Origin: Fidelibacterota bacterium
GTDB lineage: Bacteria; Fidelibacterota; UBA2242
Assembly (NCBI GenBank): GCA_011046365.1
Contig: DSAS01000047.1
Location: 590 to 64,589, forward strand
Reading direction: 5' to 3'
DNA length: 64,000 nucleotides
Under the pieces are notes generated by a model that did no database searches, was not told the DNA's origin, and saw nothing but the letters and a program-made list of their open reading frames with translations. Positions 8,314 through 17,447 of the stretch are shown here, piece after piece. A program made the position numbers and the translations under genes. Every line of letters begins with the position of its first letter. Positions within the stretch are counted from its first letter, which is position 1.

Positions 8314-10824
8314 ATGAAAAAATTAATATTTATGTTAATTATATTCGGGAACCTGGCTTTTAGCCAAATTACCGGGCTGGAAGGCTGGGACATCTATCTG
8401 GACCCTGGACACAGTGGCAAGGAAAATATGGGCATCTACGGATATTCTGAAGCTGAACGAAATCTGCGGGTGGGTCTGCGATTACGCGAGATGCTGCTGA
8501 ATGAAACCGATATTGATACCGTCTATATCTGTCGTACAAACGATACCCAGTCGGTATCATTGTCCCAACGAACAGCTGATGCCAATACAAAGGGAGCGAC
8601 CTGGTATCACTCGATTCACAGTGATGCCGGAGCCTCTACCTATAATAGCACGCTGCTGATGTACGGAGGCTGGCGCCAGAACGGGCAAACGGTAGAGAAG
8701 ACTCCCAAGGGTGGAAAAAAAATGGCTGATATCATGGTGGATGAGCTGACCCGAGGTATGCGCACCAATACCAGAGGTAACTATGCCGATCGCACCTTTT
8801 ACCAGGGATTTCCGGACAATCATGAGAACAAATATCCATACCTGCATGTAAACCGGGAAAGCAACATGGCGTCCGAACTCAGCGAAGCCGGCTTTCATAC
8901 CAATCCACGCCAAAACCAGCTGTTTATGAATGATGACTGGAAACGTCTGGAAGCCCGTACCTATTTCTGGTCAATTCTGAAATATCACGGCATCCAGCGT
9001 CCCAAAGTTCGTATACTTACCGGAATTATCAAGGACAAGGACACTTCTGTTCCGCTGAACGGCGCCGAAATCCTGGTTGAAGGGCAAACCTATACAACCG
9101 ACACCTACGCAAGTCTATTCCACAAATATTCCACCGATCCGGACCTGTTGCACAACGGATTTTACTATTTTGAAGACATTCAGGGTGATGATGCGGAGAT
9201 TGTTGTCCGAGCCGAAGGATATTATACCGACACATTGAATGTGAGCATGATGGATTCCTTTTTCACCTTTGTGGATGTAAGTCTGATCTCGACGGCTCTG
9301 CCGACGATAGTTTCCACTAATCCCACCGACGGCGATACCGGTGTATCGGTATTGAGCGATATCATTTTACGGTTTAACCGCCCCATGAATCCCGATTCCG
9401 TTAAAAAATATCTATTTATTGAGCCGTCCATTGAATGCGGCTTGCGCTGGAGTGATATCAATCGCGAACTGAAGATTATTCCGAACCGTCTGGAGTTCCG
9501 GACCGACTATACGGTAACCATCCCGGGCGCCGTTACCGATGATTACGGGCACCTTTTTGACGGTGATAACGACGGCGTCGGCGGTGATGACTTTGTCCTG
9601 AATTTCAGGACCGGTTTTGACGATGTGCCGCCGCAACTGGTTCAGTTTTATCCGCCGACCAGCGCTCTGAATATCGAGCTGCAGCCGATAATCAGCTTTG
9701 AATACGATGAGGAGCTGGATCCGGAGTCAATCACCGATTCGAGCGTCTGTCTGGAAAGATTTACGGACGGGACTGCCGTCAATGGCACACTGAAGCATTA
9801 TGTGGTAAATAACCGGAGCGTTCTGAATTTTTTCCCCGCCGCGAAATTGGACGCACTGACGATCCATGTCAGTCAGGTCGGCAGCGGTTTAACGGACCTG
9901 CTGGGCAATGAAATTACCAAAGGCGTATCAAAAAGTTTCAAGACTGGCGATTTCGATTACACTGTTCGCAATATTGATACCTTTGAAAGCGGTTTAACGA
10001 CCAATTGGTGGGCTCCTGAGAAAAGCGGTTCGACGACCGGACATGATCCGTCAACAGTCCGCAGTGAAGACACCGAATTTACAAATCTGCTGACCGGCAG
10101 CGCTAAATCCATGCGGCTCTATTATGATTGGGATTTGAGCGCATCGGCATGGTTATTACGTATAGTATATAAAAGTGGTTCTTCCACCCAGAACATCTAT
10201 TTTGGACCGGGTACCGTTTTACAGGTCTATATTTTTGGCGACGGCAGCGGCAACCAGTTCCGTTTTGCAATTGATGAAGTCGGAGGTTCTTCTCCCACCG
10301 AAGTCTCAAAATGGTATACCATTGACTGGATCGGATGGAAGCTGGTTGAATGGCATTATGATAATCCGGATGAGGTCGGCAGCTGGATCGGGGATGGGGT
10401 GCTGGATGGCAGCTCGTATCGCTTTGATAGTATCCAGTTGACCCATGTACCCGACGCCGCCGAAACGGGTTCCGTCTACTTTGATGATTTGAGGGTCGTC
10501 GCGCTTGAACCGATCAGTATCGTTCATTCGGACGAGCTGTTGCCCGAAAAATTCAGACTATATCAGAACTATCCCAATCCGTTTAATCCGACCACCAGTA
10601 TATCTTTTACGTTACCGGCGGAATCGGGTGTCCGGCTGGAAATTTATAATCTGCGCGGTGAAAAGGTGCGCTCGCTGGTCAGCGGTTATCTCAACCGCGG
10701 TCATTATACGGAAATCTGGAACGGTCGTGACGATAGTGGAAATCCAGTATCCAGCGGTATTTATCTTTACCGGCTGATAACGGATAAGCACACGCTGTCG
10801 AAAAGCATGTTGTTGTTGAAATAA
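8314..10824 (+). CDS. T9SS-targeted N-acetylmuramoyl-L-alanine amidase (Amidase_3 domain + Ig-like domains + Por/T9SS C-terminal sorting domain)
   Basis: N-terminal amidase_3 motifs (IYLDPGHSG..., HSIHSDAG) and Big/SbsA-like Ig region (TNPTDGDTGVS...RFNRPMNP). The C-terminus LYQNYPNPFNPTTSISFTLPAESGVRLEIYNLRGEKV...SGIYLYRL is a canonical T9SS CTD. Start is taken at MKKLIFML (8314); the track starts at GTG 8287. Confidence 0.75.
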   Translation: MKKLIFMLIIFGNLAFSQITGLEGWDIYLDPGHSGKENMGIYGYSEAERNLRVGLRLREMLLNETDIDTVYICRTNDTQSVSLSQRTADANTKGATWYHSIHSDAGASTYNSTLLMYGGWRQNGQTVEKTPKGGKKMADIMVDELTRGMRTNTRGNYADRTFYQGFPDNHENKYPYLHVNRESNMASELSEAGFHTNPRQNQLFMNDDWKRLEARTYFWSILKYHGIQRPKVRILTGIIKDKDTSVPLNGAEILVEGQTYTTDTYASLFHKYSTDPDLLHNGFYYFEDIQGDDAEIVVRAEGYYTDTLNVSMMDSFFTFVDVSLISTALPTIVSTNPTDGDTGVSVLSDIILRFNRPMNPDSVKKYLFIEPSIECGLRWSDINRELKIIPNRLEFRTDYTVTIPGAVTDDYGHLFDGDNDGVGGDDFVLNFRTGFDDVPPQLVQFYPPTSALNIELQPIISFEYDEELDPESITDSSVCLERFTDGTAVNGTLKHYVVNNRSVLNFFPAAKLDALTIHVSQVGSGLTDLLGNEITKGVSKSFKTGDFDYTVRNIDTFESGLTTNWWAPEKSGSTTGHDPSTVRSEDTEFTNLLTGSAKSMRLYYDWDLSASAWLLRIVYKSGSSTQNIYFGPGTVLQVYIFGDGSGNQFRFAIDEVGGSSPTEVSKWYTIDWIGWKLVEWHYDNPDEVGSWIGDGVLDGSSYRFDSIQLTHVPDAAETGSVYFDDLRVVALEPISIVHSDELLPEKFRLYQNYPNPFNPTTSISFTLPAESGVRLEIYNLRGEKVRSLVSGYLNRGHYTEIWNGRDDSGNPVSSGIYLYRLITDKHTLSKSMLLLK

Positions 10825-10844
10825 AACGGTATTTGAATGAAAAA

Positions 10845-10884
10845 CAGCTGTGGTGATACAGTTCGCCACAGCTGGTGCTTTTTA
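10845..10884 (+). terminator. Rho-independent terminator after the amidase gene
   Basis: cagctgtgg-tgatacagttcg-ccacagctg hairpin followed by gtgcttttt. Confidence 0.6.
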
Positions 10885-10897
10885 TGTGCATTTAATA

Positions 10898-11017
10898 TTA
10901 ATCCTGTGGCTGTTCTTCCTTTGTCAGCAGGGCGATGATTCCTGCGACAAATAGAAATATCAGCGCAATTCCCAGGAAAAATTTGAGGATTTTATACAGA
11001 CTGCGGACTAATTTCAT
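10898..11017 (-). CDS. Small hydrophobic protein (39 aa, single transmembrane segment)
   Basis: My own translation gives MKLVRSLYKILKFFLGIALIFLFVAGIIALLTKEEQPQD. It is preceded by agagga 6 nt upstream, 10 nt downstream of the TPR gene stop. It is below the ORF-track length cut-off. Confidence 0.35.
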   Translation of the reverse strand: MKLVRSLYKILKFFLGIALIFLFVAGIIALLTKEEQPQD

Positions 11018-11027
11018 AGGACATCCT

Positions 11028-11801
11028 CTATAATTTTTTCAGTAGTTCTTGAGCCTCTTGCTGCATGTTTTTGTCGGCGTCCGATTCGGCAGGCAGCACC
11101 AGCGCCTTTTTCAATGCATCGCGGGCTTTGTTGTCCTGGTCTAGCTTTGCATAGCTCTTGCCCAGCCAGAGCAGGTGACGAATGTCGTCGGGTTTGAGTT
11201 TGTGGGCTTTGCTGAAAAACTCCACCGCTTTCTCGAAGGATGCCGCCGGTGGAGTGGCGTAGATGACGCTGGCGATTTTGCGTTCCACCCAGCTGAGGTC
11301 TGCCAGCGCAAAGTGCCAGCGCCCCATAACATGATAGTTGGAATCGTTATCCGGGTCCAGTTCGATCGCTTTCAGCGTGTGCTCACGGACGGCATAGGAG
11401 TTTTCGATTTTCTGCTTGGTTCCTTCGATTTCTCCGATCCGACCGATAAGAATGGAATAGTATTGGTGCCCTTCGGCGACGTTCGGGGCAATTTCGATAC
11501 ACTTTTTGGCGTACTCGAAACCGGGATAGATATTGGCTTTTTGGAGCTCGATATTTTTTTCGTCCTGGTCGGCAACGTCGAAATAAGCCCGGGCGAGTTT
11601 CCAGAGAACTTTAGGATTTTCGGGCGCCAATTTCTCAGCCTCTTTCATTTTTGCCAGGGCGGCAGTATAATTATCGGCATCCCGGAGGGTTTCGACTTCC
11701 GCCAGCAGGCTTTTTACATCTGTTCCAGGGGCAGCCACCAGCATAGACGCCAGGACAATAACCACCCCGATCCCCAACAATTGAAAACGTTGCTGTTTCA
11801 T
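11028..11801 (-). CDS. Secreted TPR-like repeat protein, hypothetical
   Basis: Signal peptide then helical repeat content (AYFDVADQDEKN..., WLGKSYAKLDQDNKARDALKKAL). No catalytic motif. Confidence 0.55.
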   Translation of the reverse strand: MKQQRFQLLGIGVVIVLASMLVAAPGTDVKSLLAEVETLRDADNYTAALAKMKEAEKLAPENPKVLWKLARAYFDVADQDEKNIELQKANIYPGFEYAKKCIEIAPNVAEGHQYYSILIGRIGEIEGTKQKIENSYAVREHTLKAIELDPDNDSNYHVMGRWHFALADLSWVERKIASVIYATPPAASFEKAVEFFSKAHKLKPDDIRHLLWLGKSYAKLDQDNKARDALKKALVLPAESDADKNMQQEAQELLKKL

Positions 11802-11854
11802 TTTTCCCTCATAATGTACTTCTGTTGATAGATATTCGGTTGCTTTTTTAGATT

Positions 11855-12625
11855 TTAGAAAAATTCCACAAAGGTAAACTTGAGTTCCCGGTTGAAGTGT
11901 TCGACATTGTTCCGGTTCAGCAGGATATTGTTAAAGTCCACCTCCAGATGAAATTTCTGGACCATGGTCCAGCGGATTCCGGCATTCAGATAGCCCAGCC
12001 CCTCACCCAGTCCGATGATATTGGTACTGTTGTCATTCAGGGCTGCATCGTATTCCAAAACGAAGGAAATTTCCGGGTTAATGTCTTTATCGAAGCCGAT
12101 GAAGAACGACGGGTCACCGTCGCCATCCTCACTCTCTAACGGGTTATAGTTGACGCCGGCATGAAAACCCATATTGCCCAGCAGGCGGTAATTTTTACTG
12201 GCAACCAGATAGAAGCCCTTCGCCTTGGTGTCATAGCGCTTGAGGGAGTCAATATAGGTGCCCTGACCCTGGGAGTTGAACCCCAGCAGAATCGCCGGCA
12301 GCTTGCCGGACTCTTCGATAAAACGATATTTCGCCTCGACACCGGGCTGATTATGCCATTGGATTTTCTGATCGCCGATGATTCGGGCGCCGCCGTAAAA
12401 GATGCCAAACATAAAACGCTGCGAAATTCCCGCGGAAATCCCGCCAAGCACACCACCACCGCTGAACAGCCGGAACTCGGAGAGGTAGGCACCCCGGGGA
12501 ATAATGCCGGCTGTGGGTGCCGTCACCAGGGTCACCGGCTGCGGGTAAACGGAATTTTCCTGAGAAAACAGCGTAATCGTTGAAAATACAATTGTTAGGG
12601 GGAGAATTAATTTCAATTTTTTCAT
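11855..12625 (-). CDS. Putative outer-membrane beta-barrel protein
   Basis: Signal peptide MKKLKLILPLTIVFSTITLFSQ, alternating amphipathic strands and a C-terminal ...FTFVEFF aromatic end. Start is taken at the internal MKKL (cat at 12623-12625). Confidence 0.5.
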   Translation of the reverse strand: MKKLKLILPLTIVFSTITLFSQENSVYPQPVTLVTAPTAGIIPRGAYLSEFRLFSGGGVLGGISAGISQRFMFGIFYGGARIIGDQKIQWHNQPGVEAKYRFIEESGKLPAILLGFNSQGQGTYIDSLKRYDTKAKGFYLVASKNYRLLGNMGFHAGVNYNPLESEDGDGDPSFFIGFDKDINPEISFVLEYDAALNDNSTNIIGLGEGLGYLNAGIRWTMVQKFHLEVDFNNILLNRNNVEHFNRELKFTFVEFF

Positions 12626-12993
12626 ACAGCTCTCATGAATTTTCCTGAATATACATTGAACGTGAAATAAAAGCAACCAAGATTCATGTGAGTTGCGCCA
12701 CAAACATACATCAAAAAATTGACAGTCTCGTAAATGAATTCTATATTTAGCAAAATTTTCCAGAAGGAGTTAATCCAATCGCTCAGAAAAGACGGAAATA
12801 CAGACCCAAGAAAAAGCGGAAATTAACAGTTCCCTTTGATGTCGCCCTGCTGGTGTTTTTCGGGATACTGATCTTCATTCTGTTCATGTTGACCAATCGG
12901 GTTTGCCGCGATGACGATAAAGAGTTGGATATTCCCGAAATTTCTATTAAAATAAAGAGCCATTATGAATAAAAGATGCAGAGGGACTACGTT

Positions 12994-13173
12994 ATGAGAA
13001 ATCTTGGAATTTTTATTTTTGTGATTGGCTTGCTGCTGCTGGTTCTGGACCCGACGATTATCCGGATCATCGGTATCCTGGGCGCAGCTTTTGGGCTGTT
13101 TGCCCTGCTGGTTCCGGATAAGGCGGCAGAAATTGTAGGTAAATTCAAATCTAAAAAGAGCAATACCGAATAA
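12994..13173 (+). CDS. Small membrane protein (two predicted TM helices), hypothetical
   Basis: MRNLGIFIFVIGLLLLVLDPTIIRIIGILGAAFGLFALLVPDKAAEIVGKFKSKKSNTE. gaggga SD 7 nt upstream of the ATG at 12994; the track ORF starts at 12976. Confidence 0.4.
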   Translation: MRNLGIFIFVIGLLLLVLDPTIIRIIGILGAAFGLFALLVPDKAAEIVGKFKSKKSNTE

Positions 13174-13408
13174 GCAGAAATCGTTTGACCTGTAAACCGG
13201 CGGAATTCCTGTTAAAGACAATTTACCACATGATCGAATCTGTGCCTGATAAAGAGGGCAGAGCGGTCTTTTTATTTGCCGCGGCGTTTTACTATTGAAT
13301 ATATGCTTTCTCCATTCTATATTTCGCTCTTGGTAAAACCAGTTTTTTATTTAATCAATTAACGAAGAAAAATAAGATCATTATCCTCTGGAAAATTTAC
13401 AACTGAGC

Positions 13409-13675
13409 ATGTTTGAAGAGCCGCTTAAAGCACAGGTGCTGACACGTCACGAAAAGGAGATGGGCATACAGATCGCTGAAATGGAGAAGTACAAATATCT
13501 CTGCAGTGAACAGGCTGGCTGTGACATCGGCAAGCGGGCGTATTTTGAATGGACGCAGAAGTATAGTAAAAAAGTGCGCGAGTGGCTTGAAACGCTCAGC
13601 GATGATGAGATTAACCATCTATTTGATACGATTTCCGAACGAATTAAACAGTACATTTTTGAAAAAGCACATTGA
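13409..13675 (+). CDS. Hypothetical small soluble protein (88 aa) with CSEQAGC motif
   Basis: Clean ORF with no in-frame extension upstream (TAA at 13355). I recognise no family. Confidence 0.4.
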   Translation: MFEEPLKAQVLTRHEKEMGIQIAEMEKYKYLCSEQAGCDIGKRAYFEWTQKYSKKVREWLETLSDDEINHLFDTISERIKQYIFEKAH

Positions 13676-13797
13676 TGCTTTTTTTAATTATTATAGAAAA
13701 GTATGGTCAGGCATACCGATGTGTCTAAACATGTCAGCGCCGCCAGGAATTTGGGTCGGGTGACCAGTAATTTCATCTAACAGGAGGACTGTAAATT

Positions 13798-15813
13798 ATG
13801 GCGAAACCGAATCAGATTAGATTGCCGGAAAATGCCTACCGAAAGCTGGAAGAAGGTGAAGAATATATTCCTGTTATTCCGGCGGGTAAAATTGTTCCCG
13901 AAGTGACTGCCTATTCCCTCTTATGGGGGCTTTTTTATGCGGTTCTTTTCTCCATGGCGGCGGCATATCTGGGATTGAAAATCGGGCAGGTTTTCGAAGC
14001 CGCGATTCCGATTGCGATTCTGGCGGTAGGAACCTCAGTCATGTTGAAGCGGAAGAATGCGCTTCAGGAGAATGTCATTATCCAGTCCATTGGCTCTTCC
14101 TCGGGTGTAATTGTTGCCGGGGCTATTTTTACGATCCCCGGGCTCTATATTCTGGGACTGGATGTGAGTTTTTTCCAGATTTTTCTGGCGTCCCTGTTCG
14201 GCGGAGTTTTGGGAATTCTGTTTCTGATTCCTTTCCGCAAGTACTTTGTGCAGGACATGCACGGTGAATTTCCCTTCCCCGAGGCGACTGCCACGACGGA
14301 GGTGATCGTTGCCGGCGAGTCGGGTGGTGAACAGGCGAAGGTCCTGATTTCGGCGGCGATCATCGGCGGGATTTACGATTTTTGTGTAGCCGGGCTGGGC
14401 TTGTGGAAAGAGGTGGTCTCGACCCAGGTGTTTCGCTGGGGGACCTTTCTGGCGGATAAATGGAAGCTGGTGCTGAAAATCAATATCGGTGCCGCGGTCA
14501 CCGGTCTGGGATATATCATCGGACTGAAATATGCGCTGATCATTGCCTGCGGCTCCTTTTTAGCCTGGTGGGTGCTAATTCCGGCGTTTTATTATGTCGG
14601 TCAGCATCTGACGGTGCCGCTGGCGCCGGCGCTGGTGTTGATCAGGGATATGGACCCCCAGGAAATTTTCACCAATTATGTCCGGCATATCGGTATCGGC
14701 GGAATCGCAGCAGCCGGGATTATCGGCATTATCAAATCGTCGAAAATTATCGCGGGCGCCTTTAAGTTGGCGGCGAAAGAGCTGAGCGGTGGCATCCAGC
14801 TGGGTGGAGAAGATGCGGTGCCCCGCACCCAAAAAGATATCAAGATGAAGTGGATTACAATCTTTCTGCTGGTTACGTTTGTGGCGTTGTTCATTTTCTT
14901 CCTGTTTGGCGTCGTTGAACTGAATTTCTGGCATGCTCTGGTAGGTATTCTGATTGTGTTTATCATTTCGTTTTTATTTACCACAGTAGCCGCGCGGGCG
15001 ATTGCTTTGGTAGGTACCAATCCGGTGTCCGGAATGACGTTGATGACGCTGATTTTGTCCTCTGTCATTTTGCTCAAAGTCGGTTTGACCGGTGAAAAGG
15101 GGATATTGGCGGCGTTGATTATCGGCGGGGTTGTCTGTACGGCACTTTCCATGTCGGGTGCCTTTATCTCCGATCTTAAAATCGGATACTGGCTGGGTAC
15201 GACACCGCGCACGCAGCAGCGCTATAAATTTGCCGGAACACTGCTCGCCGTCGCTTCAGTGGGGTTTGTCATTCTGGTTCTGAATAAGACCTTCGGTTTC
15301 GGCGCGGAAGCCGGACCCAATGCCTTGGAGGCACCACAGGCATCGGCGATGGCGGCGGTGATTGAACCGTTGATGACCGGTTCGCCGGCGCCCTGGACGC
15401 TCTATATCGCCGGGATTTTCATGGCTATTATTCTGGAACTGATCGGTGTCCCGCCGCTGGCGTTTGCACTGGGTATGTATCTGCCGATTTACCTGAACAC
15501 ACCGATTCTGGCGGGTGGATTGATTGCCCATTTTGTTGGTAAATCCAGTGATAACAAGGAGCTGGTGAAGAAGCGCCGTGAAAAGGGAACCCTGATAGCT
15601 TCCGGTTTTATCGCCGGTGGTGCCATAATGGGAGTAGTTGCGGCATTTATCATCTTTTTTGGGCAGAAAATCTTTGGCGAAGGCTGGACTCTGATCGGGG
15701 CAATCGGCACCGGACACTGGGCGGAATCCACCGGCGCCGAGATTATCGGATTTGTGATGTTTGTTCTTTTGCTGGGATACCTCTATTGGGATTCAAAACG
15801 GGTTAAAGAGTAG
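13798..15813 (+). CDS. OPT-family oligopeptide transporter
   Basis: 671 aa polytopic membrane protein with a typical OPT-superfamily N-terminus (KLEEGEEYIPVIPAGKIVPEVTAYSLLWG...) and about 16 TM segments. SD aggagg upstream. Confidence 0.9.
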   Translation: MAKPNQIRLPENAYRKLEEGEEYIPVIPAGKIVPEVTAYSLLWGLFYAVLFSMAAAYLGLKIGQVFEAAIPIAILAVGTSVMLKRKNALQENVIIQSIGSSSGVIVAGAIFTIPGLYILGLDVSFFQIFLASLFGGVLGILFLIPFRKYFVQDMHGEFPFPEATATTEVIVAGESGGEQAKVLISAAIIGGIYDFCVAGLGLWKEVVSTQVFRWGTFLADKWKLVLKINIGAAVTGLGYIIGLKYALIIACGSFLAWWVLIPAFYYVGQHLTVPLAPALVLIRDMDPQEIFTNYVRHIGIGGIAAAGIIGIIKSSKIIAGAFKLAAKELSGGIQLGGEDAVPRTQKDIKMKWITIFLLVTFVALFIFFLFGVVELNFWHALVGILIVFIISFLFTTVAARAIALVGTNPVSGMTLMTLILSSVILLKVGLTGEKGILAALIIGGVVCTALSMSGAFISDLKIGYWLGTTPRTQQRYKFAGTLLAVASVGFVILVLNKTFGFGAEAGPNALEAPQASAMAAVIEPLMTGSPAPWTLYIAGIFMAIILELIGVPPLAFALGMYLPIYLNTPILAGGLIAHFVGKSSDNKELVKKRREKGTLIASGFIAGGAIMGVVAAFIIFFGQKIFGEGWTLIGAIGTGHWAESTGAEIIGFVMFVLLLGYLYWDSKRVKE

Positions 15814-15902
15814 GTTGTATTCCAGCGCACATTTTAATTGACATTAAATTCGTATGATAAAAACAAAAATTGGGAGGGTTACGGTGATGAAAAAAAATAA
15901 TT

Positions 15903-16982
15903 ATGTTATTGAGTCTTGCGGCAATGATTCTGTTGGCTTCAGCCTGTCTGGAAAACCTCTTTTCCAGTGACGAAGAAGAGGAGGAGGAACAGAACCAGGA
16001 ACTGGTGGGGGTCTGGTATCGCTTCGCGCTGACGAGGGGCGGGCTCAGCTACGGATTGCCAGCCTATGTCGAGTTGCGGGATGATAGTACCGGGACGGTT
16101 CGAAGTATCGAGAATCCGGAACAGGAAGAGCCCGATAGCGATACATTTAAGTGGCTGATCGAAGGCGAAACGTTTACGGTCAATGATGAAAATGACAACC
16201 TGATCTGGTCCGGTTCTTTTACCCTGACGAATGACAATAAAGGCGTTCATTTTGCTTATACTTCGGAGGGGCATCTGATTGAGGAGGAGTATGTAAAATA
16301 TACCGGTGAAAAGAACCCGCAGCTGATCGGCACCTGGGTTATGGTTGATCTGCAGGTCGGCGGTGAGGAACCGTTGATTCTTGAGAAAGTTGTGTTTACT
16401 CAGAGCGGCGGCACCGATTACTACATTGACGACCTGGAAGATATTGACGGTGAAATTACGACAGAACATCTGAATGTTACGTACTTTTCCTGGACGACCA
16501 CGGGTAACTATTTGCTGGTGTTTGATGACACTGAGGAACTGCCGTTTGTGATGGGATATACGCTGAACGATGATCAATTCAACGGGTACAGCTACACGGA
16601 TGATGGCAAGAGGGAAGATTTTATTCTGGTAAAGGAAACAGAAAGTATTGATCAGAACGGTGTCGGTAACTGGCAGCTTGCTTCCATGAAAATTAATGGC
16701 ATGACCAATCCCATCCCGGGAATACAGATAACACTTAATCTGGCTAATGATGAAACCGGAGTCTGGACGATCTCGTATCTTGGCGGCGGCTCGGAATCCT
16801 TTACCTTTAGCTGGAAGACGAATAGTGGTTATGTATTTATATACCGGACTGAAATGCCCCTGATTGCCTGGGTTCAGAAGTATGAGATCACCGGCGATAC
16901 GCTGGTCCTGGAAACCGATACCGAGTATTATGAAAGCTACGGCTGGGTAAATGTCGAGTATACATTTACCCGCTCACAATGA
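15903..16982 (+). CDS. Lipoprotein with lipocalin-like repeats and an N-terminal poly-Glu linker, hypothetical
   Basis: Lipobox LLASAC and a SSDEEEEEEQNQE linker. Repeated GxW beta-strand motifs (LVGVWYRF, LIGTWVMVD, GVGNWQLA). Confidence 0.65.
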   Translation: MLLSLAAMILLASACLENLFSSDEEEEEEQNQELVGVWYRFALTRGGLSYGLPAYVELRDDSTGTVRSIENPEQEEPDSDTFKWLIEGETFTVNDENDNLIWSGSFTLTNDNKGVHFAYTSEGHLIEEEYVKYTGEKNPQLIGTWVMVDLQVGGEEPLILEKVVFTQSGGTDYYIDDLEDIDGEITTEHLNVTYFSWTTTGNYLLVFDDTEELPFVMGYTLNDDQFNGYSYTDDGKREDFILVKETESIDQNGVGNWQLASMKINGMTNPIPGIQITLNLANDETGVWTISYLGGGSESFTFSWKTNSGYVFIYRTEMPLIAWVQKYEITGDTLVLETDTEYYESYGWVNVEYTFTRSQ

Positions 16983-17024
16983 CGTGCTGATTAAATGTTT
17001 GTTTTGGGGAAGGGGTTGGCTCTG

Positions 17025-17043
17025 AAGGGCTGATCCCTTTTTC
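17025..17043 (+). terminator. Short hairpin/T-tract, possible bidirectional terminator between convergent genes
   Basis: aaggg-ctgat-ccctt followed by ttttc. Lies between the lipoprotein stop (16982) and the convergent gene end (17042). Confidence 0.35.
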
Positions 17044-17401
17044 AGTTGTCTTTGGCGCCCTGGTAAATCCAATCGTAAATTGACTGGATATCCACCTCCG
17101 ACAGGTAAGGACCGTCTTTGGGCATCCGGTAATCCAAAACAGTCTGTTCATTATTGGCAACAGCCTCGTAGAGCAGGCTTTGATCAGGATAGCCGGGTAC
17201 TACCAGATTATCGGGATGGTCATTATTACCGCTCATTAGGGATTCATAGCTCGAAAGATCCAGATTGCCGAAGCTGGCGTCACTGCTATGACAGCTGATA
17301 CAGCGGGTCATAAAAATCGGTAAAATCTGTTCCTGGAAGCTGACGGGTTCATTATCGGTGTCGTCGCAAGTTGTCAAAAGTAACAGACTCAGCAGAAGCA
17401 T
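17042..17401 (-). CDS. Small lipoprotein with planctomycete-type cytochrome c (PSCyt1-like) domain, CxxCH
   Basis: Lipobox LLLLTTC. ILPIFMTRCISCHSSDASFGNLDLSSYESLMSG...VVPGYPDQSLLY...DYRMP resembles the PSCyt1 domain (PF07635) and includes a CISCH heme-c binding motif. Start is taken at the internal M (cat at 17399-17401) so the upstream gene is not overlapped by 47 nt. Confidence 0.55.
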   Translation of the reverse strand: MLLLSLLLLTTCDDTDNEPVSFQEQILPIFMTRCISCHSSDASFGNLDLSSYESLMSGNNDHPDNLVVPGYPDQSLLYEAVANNEQTVLDYRMPKDGPYLSEVDIQSIYDWIYQGAKDN

Positions 17402-17447
17402 ACCGGTTAAATATTTTTCAGTCAATTTGAACTCCCTGGTTATTTGT

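Noticed and set aside
12823-13221. 132-aa minus-strand ORF
   Set aside because: It is low-complexity (Q/N-rich) and antisense to a well-supported SD-preceded small membrane-protein gene. It has no RBS and is probably spurious.
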